From Octopus bimaculoides (Eukaryota), in NCBI RefSeq assembly GCF_001194135.2, contig NC_068999.1:24745505-24801143 (forward strand): DNA of 55,639 nt, written 5' to 3'. A program made the translations under genes and the position numbers. Every line of letters starts with the position of its first letter. Position 1 is the first letter of the stretch. Below the pieces are notes generated by a model. The model saw only the letters and a program-made list of their open reading frames with translations, was not told the origin of the DNA and made no database searches. Positions 44,990-55,100 of the stretch are shown here, one piece after another.

Positions 44990-47900
44990 TAGACTGTATA
45001 ATGCATGTGTATGAACAGCCATGCTACATGGCAGTGAAACATGGGCCGTGACTGCTGAGGATGTGCATAAGCTTGCAAGGAATGAAGCGAGTATGCTCCA
45101 CTGGATGTGTAATGTCTGTGTGCATACACGACAGAGTGTAAGTGCCCCGAGAGAAAAGTTGGATTTAAGAAGCATCAGATGTGGTGTGCAAGAGAGACGA
45201 CTGCGCTGGTATGATCATGTGTTGCAAATGAATGAGGACAGCTGTGTGAATTAGTGCCACACCCTAGCAGTTGAGGGAACCCGTGGAAGAGGTAGACCCA
45301 GGAAAACCTGGGATGAGGTGGTGAAGCACGACCTTCAAACATTGGGCATTACCGAAGCAATGACTAGTGACCAAGACCTTTGGAGATATGCTGTGCTTGA
45401 GAAGACCTGACAAGCCAAGTGAAACCATAGCTCATGGCCTATGCCAGTGGGTGTAACCAGCCCATTTATGAATACCTCTCATTCATTGGACAATAAACCT
45501 TGCTTGTGAAGACATTAAGGCAAGTAAAATCAAAGTCGAAATTGCTGATGTGGCCGATGACTACCGCCTGATTGGCACTCTTGCCAGTGGAACGTTAAAA
45601 GCTCATTCGAACGTAGGGTGTAACCGGCCCACGTATGAATACCCCTCATTCATTGGACAATGAACTCTGCTTATGAAGACCTATTGTGGAAAGTGTAAAC
45701 AAATCAAAATCACTGATGTGGCCAATGAAAGTACTACCTAAGTGGCACTCGTGCCAGTGGAATGTTAAAAACATCCAAGCGTGATCGTTGCTAGGGCCAC
45801 AGATTGGCTCCCGTGCCAGTGACACGTGAAAAGCACCATTCGAGCATGACCAATGCCAACATCGCTTTACCGGCTTGTGCTGGTGGCACGTGAAAAACAA
45901 CATTTGAGCGTGGTTGTTGCCAGTGCTGCTGGACTGGTTCCTGTGCAGGTAGCACATAAAAACACCTTTTAAGCATTGTCGTTGCCAGAACCGCCTGACT
46001 GGCCCTCATGCCGGTGGCATGTAAAAGTGCCCACTACACTCTTGGAGTGGTTGGCATTAGGAAGGGAATCCAGCTGCAGAAACTGTGCCAGATCAGATTG
46101 AGCCTGGTGTAGCCTCTGGCTCATCAGTCCTCAATCAAACCGTCGAACCCATGCCAGCATGGAAAGCGGACATAAAATGATGATGATGATACTAGCCGAA
46201 AGACTACCCTCTGGGTGGCTTTCTGCTTGCCACTCCATAATATTTCCACATTTGATTCCCAATTCTAATAATTTTTGTATATTAAGTCTAATTAGTTTTT
46301 GTATTATAGTGCTCACTTGTTTAGTAAATATTGCTTTCATTATTTTATCACAGTCATAATCTATCTTTTTTAAACAAACATCAAGGTAGTCCAACTACAT
46401 AAGTTGTCCAATATAATTTATTTTCAGTATGTATAAACAATAAACTGAGGGCATTTACACAGCAAATTTAAGTCAACAGAATACCTGATTTCCTCATCTG
46501 AAATAATGAAATATAACTTGAAATGAAAAAATTGCAATGAATATATATTAGGTAGATTATTATTAATAAAAATATTTTCAGACAGTCAAGCTTTTAATAT
46601 TGCTTTCTTTTAGTACTTTTAGTAATTGTTACATATTTAATTAATAAGCAGCTTTCTCCATTATAGTACACACACACACACACACACAGCCAAAAGTCAT
46701 GCACCAAAACTTTTGACTTTTATCATTATTCATTTTGATCATCATGTACAAGTAGCCGTGCATTCTTTCGTCATTATTTTATTTAATTTATTCAAATTTA
46801 GAAAAATTGAAGCATGTCTGACAATTCTGGACCATTCTGAACCTATTTTTTGTCTTGGGACATAACTTTTGGAATGCCCTTTATGTGTGTGACATGTTTC
46901 TGTACAGTTTCTGCCTACCTAATTCTGTCCATAATACATTGGTCAATCGAATGTACATGATACAGTACATGATACAGGCCCAAAGTACTATACTGTGAGA
47001 ATGAACATAGAACCACTTGATTGTGAAGTGTAGTTGTTAATCACATGGTTCTGTGTGTGTTTCTATAATGTTTATGACATAACTTTTTCTTAATTAACAG
47101 AGAAAAGATTAAAAGAAAATTTGTATACACAAATATGAAATAACTGAATTTGTCTTTTGCATTTCAGATGTTGCTGGGCTGTTGCAAACAGTGACTTCTT
47201 AAGTGCTTATGGTTGCCAAGCACTGGTTGTCCAATATCCTTTGAAATATTAATTTATTCATTATATAATCAATTGTTTATCGCTGTCCTGGCCATGATCA
47301 TCCTGTATTTTCTCAGATTTATTTTATACTTTTATTGATTTCAGTCATTGGACTGTGGCCTTACTGGTATACCACCTGCAAGAGTTTATAAGTTGATCAT
47401 ATCCACTTCAGTTCTTATTTAACAATCTTCATTTATTGATTGGCCAAGTTAATTTTTTTTTTAGTAAAGGATGCAACTCAATACACTGAGAAAGACAAAT
47501 AGACATACCTCATCATCATCATTGCTTAACGCCCACCTTCCATGCTAGCATGGGTGGGTGTGCAATATATTATTATCAGCATTATTGTTTGACGTCTGTT
47601 TTTCATGCTGGCATGGATTGGACAGTTTAACTGAGGACTGGCAAGCCAGTAGGTTGCACCAGACTCCAATCTGATCTGGCAAGGTTTCTACAGCTGGATG
47701 CCCTTCCTGATGCCAACCACTCTGAGAGTGTAATGGGTACCTTTTATGTGCCACCGGCATGGGAGCCAGTCGGGGGGCACTGGCATCAGCCACATTTGGA
47801 AGGTGCTTTTTATGTGCCATCAGCACAGGAGCCAGTTGGGAGGCACTGGCATTGACCACGTTCGGATGGTGCTTTTTATGTGCCATCGGCACGGGAGCCA

Positions 47901-48460
47901 GTTGGGGGGCACTGGCATTGCTTTTTACGTGCCACCAGCATGGGGAGCCAGTCAGGCAGCACTGGCATTGACCCCACGCTTGAATGGTGCTTATTATGTG
48001 CCACCAATACGGGTGCCAGTCAGACGGCACTGGCATCAGCCATGACTATGGTTTCACTCGACACAACAGGTCTTCTCAAGCACAGCATGTCACCTGGTGA
48101 TTCAAGGGTACCTTTAGATGGGCTGGTTATGCGACACTGGTATTGGTCACAGCTGCGATCTCACTTTACTTGCCAGGTCTTCCCAATCACAGCATATCTC
48201 CAAAGGTCTCGGTCTCTTGTCATTGCCTTTGTGAGGCCCAACATTTGAAGGTCGTGCTTCACCACCTCATCCCATGTCTTCCTGGGTCTACATCTTCCAC
48301 AGGTTCTTTCCACTGTTAGGATGTGACACTTCTTCACACAGCTGTCCTCATCCATATGCAGCACATGACCATACCAGCGCAGTCATCTCTCTTGCACACC
48401 ACATCTGATGCTGCTTATGTCCAATTTTTCTCTCCGGGCACTTACACTCTATCGTGTATG

Positions 48461-48494
<34 letters not shown>

Positions 48495-50064
48495 ATATTA
48501 TATTGAGGAAATATCAAAACCAAGGCAGAATGAGTATCTCAAGTCATTTAGAATAATTCAATTAGGGTAAGATGAATTTGAAGTCTTACAGCTATTTCTA
48601 GGATAACCCAAGTGGTTAGTTAGCATGTCCGTGCACTGGGTATTCCATCATCAGAGACCCAGTATACTGACATGCTAACCAATCACTTGGGTTATCCCAG
48701 AAACAGTTGTAAGACTTCAAATTCACCTTACTCTGATTAATTTATTCTAAATGACTTGAGATACTCGTTCTAATATAATATATACATGCTACAACAGAAC
48801 CCTAACATGGAGATCCAGCCTTAGTTGTGATCTTGGAACCTAATGGTCAACCAACTATAGCACTTACCCAGCTACCTATTCATTTAGATCACAAGTTGCA
48901 AGCAGTCAGGCCTCATCTCCAGTTTGATGATAACTTCCCTCCACCTAGTTTTGGAAGCCTTAAGAGAAAGAATGAAAAGGAATGTCAGTAGAATGTCATG
49001 GTTGGAAATAGATGATATGAATGTATTAAATACAAGTGTCTGCATTAATGTGTTTGTCATTTGCATTCATGAGTTATTATTCTTGTATGTGTGTGTATCA
49101 GAAGGTAGTTGAGATATAAAAACAAATAAGGGTTTCACCTCTCGCTTTTTATATTTTTATACAATTAACTCTTAGACTTTGCATTTCTATAAAATAAAAT
49201 TTAAAAAATAGATGGAAATACCTGCATATCAGGTATTGGATGAGTTTATTATATGATGTATGATTGCACATAGTTTTGAAGTCCCTGAATTAAAGTTAAT
49301 TAAAGACACTTAACTGTTAAAGACTGTTGATTGATGAATATAGATGACTGATGATACTTTATAACATTCAAGAAGACCCATCCACTACAATAGAATTGAC
49401 ACTGGGGCTGGTGCCACATAAAAAGCATTCAGTGTACTTTGTGGAGTGGTTGGCATTAGGAAGGGCATCCGAGTGTAGAAACCATGCTAGAACATACAGT
49501 GGAGCTTATTTAGGCTCCTGGTCTTACCAGCTCCAGTCAAACTGTCCAACTTATGCCAACATGGAAAACAGATCTTTAGATAATGATGCTGATTAGAGAT
49601 TAATGATGATGATGATGATGATGATAAGACTTAGCCAGCAGTCAAGGAGTATGTGGACTAATTTCTATTGCTGTTTACCTTTTACTAGTTCTCATCATAT
49701 GTTGCGCGTTTTTTTTCTGCTTGTATAATTTCAGAAAAATTCTTAGCAATTACCACCCCAATATCACATGTCAAACATTTATTTATTTAGTGTTTTATTT
49801 CTTTTTTTCTATGCTAATATTGACAGAATGGTTTTGCATGCTATTGAAGTAATGATGCTTTTATGAAGTAAGTGGGAAACCTCTTGTTAGAATGACAGAT
49901 GTAGTACTTGAATTTGTGACCATCAGGTCACTTTTCCATTCCGTTAACTTCATATCCATGAGTGTACCCCTCCCAAAATACACACACACACGTACACGCA
50001 CACAAGTGTGCACACGCATGCACACACATACACACAAGTGCACACGCATGCAAACAAACACGTA

Positions 50065-50113
<49 letters not shown>

Positions 50114-53100
50114 ATATATAGACATGCACTCACTCATGCACATGTAGTGGTAGCTAAATAGTTGAATGATCTCCCTTGCAAGAAAGATTATAGAGTAACC
50201 TCCCTTTATAAGTTTCTTGAAGCATCTGTGTCATGAGACGTGATTCTTAATTATTCAAGAAGCTTAGTGTTTCTCTTGGAAGTTTCTAGAATGTCTAGCG
50301 TTCCATTAATAAAAACAGCTTGCTAACCCAGCTCTTTGCTTTTTAGTCAATTAGACTGAGGGCCATTCACGTCATTGCTATGTCCGTCTATTTCTCCACA
50401 CCACATGACTGAAAACTACCACTTAGCTGTTATTTCTATATTTCCTATCTCTGAACTTTCTTGCATAGATTACTTCATTCAACTACATTCTATATTTAGA
50501 TTTTGTATCATCATTGACCAGTAAATAAAATATATTTTTATGTAGTAAATATATAATTCTTGAATTTATTCTTCATCTCTATACGAACTCTTATAATCAT
50601 ATACACGCGGCCACATCAACACCTGGTACTGACTATATATAACCACTACACACACACAAAAAAAAAAAGTGAGTAAAGTATAAATAGACTTTTTAGCTCC
50701 TGTTTATTGTGATGTGTAGCATTCAATGATTGTACTGTGTATTAATTACTTCATTGGTTGCAATAGTTTATACTTAACCTTCCAAATAGCTTGCACCAAA
50801 GCTCTACAAAGCCAGAAAGATGAGAATTGGTTTCTTCCAGTAATGTTTGAAGTTTGTTTAGACCTTCGTCGTTTTGCAATCCGAGTAAGTTTTCTTTTTG
50901 TACTTAATTCAAATCTAACAATGAAATGGTTTTTCATTTGTCAAGAATGGATTGGTGATAACATCATCATCATTTAATGTCCACCCTCCATGCTAGCATG
51001 GGTGGGAATAACTTCTTGTAATTGTGTCTTTGTCTGGATGTGTCCTTTACATATAAATCACTTTCACAAGATCCTTTCCAATATTTATAGTTTGTAGGTA
51101 TATACTATGGGACTGATTGAATGCATATATTCCAAGGTAGTTCTGTCTGCCAAGGCTCAACTTGAGCTGTGCCACATCAGCTGTGTTTATACAACACTGT
51201 CTCTCTGTATCTATCATAATTCTGTTTGTGTCTGTCACAACACTAATTGATTATACCATATCATTGATTGATTATATACAAATACTAATGTTGCAGTCTT
51301 TGGTCATAGGTGACTGGATATAAGTTGACTGGGATATTTTAAAGCAATTAAAGTGGGAAAAACCCCCCAAAAAACTAGGAATGTCTTAAGAAACACAAAC
51401 ATTGATTTTTTTTTTGAGTGACTTTAGTTACATTTAACCCTTTAACATTGAGATTACTCTGTCAAATGCAATGCTTATTTATTCGCATTGTTTTGAATTA
51501 AGCATGCATTATCTCATATCTTTGTGATTTCAAGGATGTGGTTGTTTATTTTTAGAATGACATTGTTGGGTAGATATGAGATGCCAGATCTGACCAGTTT
51601 GAACATAAAACAGGTTGGGTGTTTGGGCCAGATTGTAATGCTGATTGCATCCCTGTTCTTGAAGGCAAAGCTGTATGAATAATAGTTTAATACTGTGGCA
51701 TGACATTTTGGCCACATGTTTTCTACTATAAATCAAGTGTACGAATGCTCTGAGAGAAAACTTTGTTTGAGAGGATCCCTATCATAAATAATATATATTT
51801 TATATAAGGTGGGCCAAAAGACATGCACATTTGATTATAAGTCAAAGGACATACTTCACTTTTTCTAAAATTGAATAAAATAAATAAAATAATGATGAAT
51901 ACATACATACTGTACATAAATAAAATGTGAAATGTTTTGGTGCATGACTTGTAGCCCACCTGTTGTTTTTTTATCACTGATCTATATTAACAAAAGATGT
52001 AAAACATCATTGCTTTTAAATAGAAATTCTTTCTGTGACATGTGTCTGGGATCTAATTGCACAGAGAACCTGTTGCTACTTTTCTTGTCAGTGAACTTGT
52101 AATTGACCTGTAACTATTGATGTTATTGTTTTTAACTAAATACCATATTAAATATAATTAATAATAAATTAATGGTGATCATTTTTAAAGTAGTTTTTAA
52201 AAAATAGTGAAAAACTAGAGATGTCTGAAACTCAGACATTGAAGATTTATTTGTAAAAAGTTTTATTATTTTCTAGGCTGATGTTCAGACAGTAAAGAAA
52301 GGCAAAGGTCGAAGTGGTGAAAAATTAGAGAAAGCAGCTGACTTACTGATGGGCTGTTTCCGAGTGTGTGCCAGTGATAGGTTTGTCTTTCCATGAAACT
52401 AGCTTACAGTTGATTCATTTAACATTTCATAGTCTCACAGTACTTTTAAGGTTTTCAAAGTTTGTTCAAAGAATTCATTCTTGTGTGTGAAAATTTAGTG
52501 TCAACATTAACTATTAAGTACTAAACAAATCAATGAAAGAGCTTCTTTGTAGTCTTTCAGTCTGCTAGAAATAGCAACCAAAATCTCTTTCAAAACACAT
52601 ACTTGTATTGCCTGAAAGCAAGGACACATTAGATAATGTCTGGAGTAGAAAATATTTAAAAAATGTGATAGTTATGGCTGAAATGTCTTTGATTACAGTT
52701 TCACCTGATCCAGGTTAAGTTAAATAACAACCAAGTATTCCTCGATATTTTGTTTATTCATTGTAACATTTCTGAGTTGTAGTTTCTCTTTTCTTATCTC
52801 TCCAGTTGTCAATTGAGGCAGCAAATCAGGTACTTCTTTGCTTTCTAGCATCAACACAAAACCAAAATTGTGATTTGTTTCTGCTAGAATGTTGCTCTGG
52901 ACACCTCTGAGACTAAAAGTCTCCTTCCAAACGCTCACTCATTCACATAGAACTTATAATGTAAATTTAGCTTATGTTGCTAAACACATACATTGTGATG
53001 TAAATTTAGCAGTTATATAAATCTTCATTAAAAAGGCTTAGAACATTCATGATACATATATATTGCTATCTTAATTATTATTTAATTAATATTGTTTATT

Positions 53101-53424
53101 TCATTAAGACCGCGGGCTGCCAGAATTGTTAGCATGCCGGGCAAAATGCTTAGAGATATTTTGTCCGCCTTTACATTCTGAGTGCAAATTCTGCCATGAT
53201 TGACTTTGCCTTTAGTCCTTTCGGGATTGATAAAAGAAGTACCAATTAAACACTGGGGTTGATGTAATTGATTCTCCCCCTCCCCTACACATGCTGGCTT
53301 TGTGTCAAAATTTGAAACCAATATTGTTTATTTCATTATGTTAATTAGTCGAGCTGCAACAGAAGATTCCAAGAAATGGGGCATGCTGAATTTAGTGAAC
53401 CAATTATTCAAAATTTATTTTAAG
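42125..53424 (+). CDS. PCID2: PCI domain-containing protein 2 (TREX-2 subunit), N-terminal 181 aa, 7 exons; gene continues beyond the window
   Basis: Exons 42125-42160, 42538-42579, 43811-43932, 47168-47233, 50788-50884, 52277-52380, 53349-53424 give [10 protein letters not shown]...[12 protein letters not shown]...[13 protein letters not shown]...ENWFLPVM...LDLR.FA...[18 protein letters not shown]...[21 protein letters not shown]. This is collinear with recalled human PCID2 (MAHITINQYL...[21 protein letters not shown]). Confidence 0.96.
42538..42579 (+). CDS. PCID2: PCID2 exon 2 ([14 protein letters not shown])
   Basis: ttgcag acceptor, GCT|GTAAGT donor, 42 nt. Confidence 0.9.
43811..43932 (+). 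CDS. PCID2: PCID2 exon 3 ([12 protein letters not shown]...AAHLK)
   Basis: tttcag acceptor, AA|GTAGGT donor, 122 nt. Confidence 0.95.
44579..44588. other. Assembly gap
   Basis: 10 N between (TA)n and an RTE tail. Confidence 1.
44589..44662 (+). mobile_element. Young RTE 3' tail beside a 10-N gap inside (TA)n
   Basis: gtcctcagtcaaatcgtccaacccatgctagcatggaaagcggacgttaaac(gat)n. Confidence 0.8.
44776..44810 (-). ncRNA. Minimal hammerhead motif, G12>A mutated
   Basis: GTTT-CTGAAGA-A-GAGC(ttt)GCTC-AAAA-CG-TT-AAAC. Confidence 0.55.
44990..46190 (+). mobile_element. 5'-truncated RTE LINE (ORF2 end + full 3' UTR)
   Basis: [31 protein letters not shown]...LRWYDHV..MNEDSCV...[14 protein letters not shown], then tail and (GAT)n. 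Confidence 0.92.
46688..46880. mobile_element. Tc1/mariner-type MITE (13013 family, decayed)
   Basis: gccaaaagtca...ataacttttgg; shared body. Confidence 0.6.
47168..47233 (+). CDS. PCID2: PCID2 exon 4 ([22 protein letters not shown])
   Basis: tttcag acceptor; ends at a U12 donor CA|ATATCCTTTG; 66 nt. Confidence 0.9.
47575..48470 (-). mobile_element. 5'-truncated RTE LINE inside the PCID2 U12 intron
   Basis: [13 protein letters not shown]...[17 protein letters not shown]; 3' UTR with ~60-nt tandem units at 47740-48040. Confidence 0.9.
48527..48771. repeat. ~245-bp palindrome (~115-bp arms, 17-nt loop) inside the PCID2 U12 intron
   Basis: agaatgagtatctcaagtcatttagaat...cactggg [tattccatcatcagaga] cccagt...attctaaatgacttgagatactcgttct. 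Confidence 0.88.
48583..48658 (-). ncRNA. Hammerhead motif embedded in the palindrome
   Basis: GTCT-CTGATGA-TGGAATA...TATCCTA-GAAA-TAGCTG-TA-AGAC; stem II imperfect with a long loop. Confidence 0.55.
49395..49625 (+). mobile_element. RTE 3' tail fragment
   Basis: gtggttggcattaggaagggcatcc...gtcaaactgtccaac...atggaaa, (GAT)n. Confidence 0.7.
49980..50120. repeat. Compound (CA)n-like and (TA)n microsatellite
   Basis: Direct observation. Confidence 0.9.
50788..50884 (+). CDS. PCID2: PCID2 exon 5 ([32 protein letters not shown])
   Basis: 97 nt, CGA|GTAAGT donor; 5' boundary is either 50788 (AT acceptor) or 50797 (AC acceptor). Confidence 0.9.
51438..51645. mobile_element. piggyBac-like MITE (same family, right end decayed)
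   Basis: ttaa|CCCTTTAACATT and the shared internal body. Confidence 0.65.
51806..51962. mobile_element. Tc1/mariner-type MITE (13013 family, reverse orientation)
   Basis: AGGTGGGCCAAAAG...AGCCCACCTG. Confidence 0.65.
52277..52380 (+). CDS. PCID2: PCID2 exon 6 ([11 protein letters not shown]...CFRVCASD)
   Basis: ttctag acceptor, AG|GTTTGT donor, 104 nt. Confidence 0.95.
53113..53320 (+). mobile_element. SINE family B ending about 30 nt before PCID2 exon 7
   Basis: Same head and core as 14267. Confidence 0.8.
53349..53424 (+). CDS. PCID2: PCID2 exon 7 ([25 protein letters not shown])
   Basis: attag acceptor, AAG|GTAAAA donor, 76 nt. Confidence 0.95.
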
Positions 53425-53810
53425 GTAAAATGGATTTGTTTCTGTATATTTGCTTTTTATATTTATTGTCTTGAATTAATGTTGAATGTCTTGTATTTGT
53501 GTCTGTCTGTTTGTCTTACCCTGTTTTTGCAGTACTTCTATTTCTTTCCTAGTCTCTGTTGTCATGATCATAAAAGTTTCTAAATGGTAAATCAGTAAAA
53601 TGTGTTCAATTCATCTTTTATTGCATGTTTTAAAGATGGTTTGGAGTTCTAAACTAATAACTGTTCAAGGATGTAACTCTCCAATGTTCTATTATTGTTA
53701 CTTACTATGATCTAAGCAACTACAGTTATAATATTATAATTGAACATTTAACAATATTATGGTTGGTAATACTAATAATGCTTGATGATGAATCAGTAGT
53801 TTCTTTAGGT

Positions 53811-53917
53811 CCGGCCCCACAGTGTGGCACCTTGGGCAAGTGTCTTCTAAATTAACCCTGAGTTGACTAAAGTTTTGCAAGTGGATTCGGTAGATAGAAA
53901 CTGAAAGAAGCTTCTTG

Positions 53918-53954
<37 letters not shown>

Positions 53955-53968
53955 GTGTGTGTGTGTGT
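53811..53968 (+). mobile_element. SINE family A, partial, interrupted by RTE tails
   Basis: ggcaccttgggcaagtgtcttc...gaaactgaaagaagc followed by (TA)n. Confidence 0.75.
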
Positions 53969-55100
53969 ATCATCATCATCATTTAATATCCGCTTTCCAT
54001 GATAGCATGGGTTGGACGATTTGACTGGGGACTGGTGAACCAGATGGCTACACCAGACTCCAATCTGATCATATATCATCATCATCATCATCGTTTAACG
54101 TCCGCTTTCCATGCTAGCATGGGTTGGACGATTTGACTGAGGACTGGTGAAACCGGATGGCAACACCAGGCTCCAGTCTGATTTGGCAGAGTTTCTACAG
54201 CTGGATGNNNNNNNNNNNNNNNNNNNNNNNNNNNNNNNNNNNNNNNNNNNNNNNNNNNNNNNNNNNNNNNNNNNNNNNNNNNNNNNNNNNNNNNNNNNNN
54301 NNNNNNNNNNNNNNNNNNNNNNNNNNNNNNNNNNNNNNNNNNNNNNNNNNNNNNNNNNNNNNNNNNNNNNNNNNNNNNNNNNNNNNNNNNNNNNNNNNNN
54401 NNNNNNNNNNNNNNNNNNNNNNNNNNNNNNNNNNNNNNNNNNNNNNNNNNNNNNNNNNNNNNNNNNNNNNNNNNNNNNNNNNNNNNNNNNNNNNNNNNNN
54501 NNNNNNNNNNNNNNNNNNNNNNNNNNNNNNNNNNNNNNNNNNNNNNNNNNNNNNNNNNNNNNNNNNNNNNNNNNNNNNNNNNNNNNNNNNNNNNNNNNNN
54601 NNNNNNNNNNNNNNNNNNNNNNNNNNNNNNNNNNNNNNNNNNNNNNNNNNNNNNNNNNNNNNNNNNNNNNNNNNNNNNNNNNNNNNNNNNNNNNNNNNNN
54701 NNNNNNNNNNNNNNNNNNNNNNNNNNNNNNNNNNNNNNNNNNNNNNNNNNNNNNNNNNNNNNNNNNNNNNNGCCAGCAGGGGTAAGAGCTCTCTAAACTT
54801 TGCCCAGGCTATTCTTATTCTAGCAGCTACACTTTCAGCGCACCCACCCCCACTACTAACTTGATCGCCCAGATAGCGGAAGCTATCGACTACCTCTAGT
54901 TTTTCACCCTGGAATGAGATAGAAGTTGTTTCCTGTTTGTTTGCAGTCTTTATTGCACCTGAACATCTGCCACAAACAAAAACTAACTTGCTAGTTAACC
55001 TGCTTTTGATGTTGCTGCACCTCTTATGTGTCCATAGCTTGCACCGGGTACATCTTATAGAGTTACTACCTACTCCTTTTCTACATACTGAGCAGGGCCA
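53968..55100 (-). mobile_element. RTE LINE (probably one young copy spanning the gap) plus an adjacent older tail copy
   Basis: Two tandem tails at 53968-54070 and 54076-54207; after the gap the ORF2 segment reads WPCSVCRKGVGSNSIRCTRCKLWTHKRC...YLGDQVSSGGGCAESVAARIRIAWAKFRELLPLL. Confidence 0.88.
54208..54771. other. Assembly gap within an RTE element
   Basis: 564 N. Confidence 1.

Larger units (their letters stand above)
47234..50787 (+). other. PCID2: U12-type (minor spliceosome) intron 4 of PCID2
   Basis: 5' ATATCCTTTG matches the U12 donor consensus; TACTTAAC at 50771-50778 resembles the U12 branch site; no usable GT donor at the required position. Confidence 0.85.

Noticed and set aside
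47545-48248. 100-160-aa ORFs with repeated APQLAPV/WHQ motifs (also 13742-14091, 45646-46009)
   Set aside because: Artefacts of GC-rich tandem units in RTE 3' UTRs
54137-54160. CTGAGGA...GAAA in the RTE tail
   Set aside because: Only 5 unpaired nt between the core segments; no stem II
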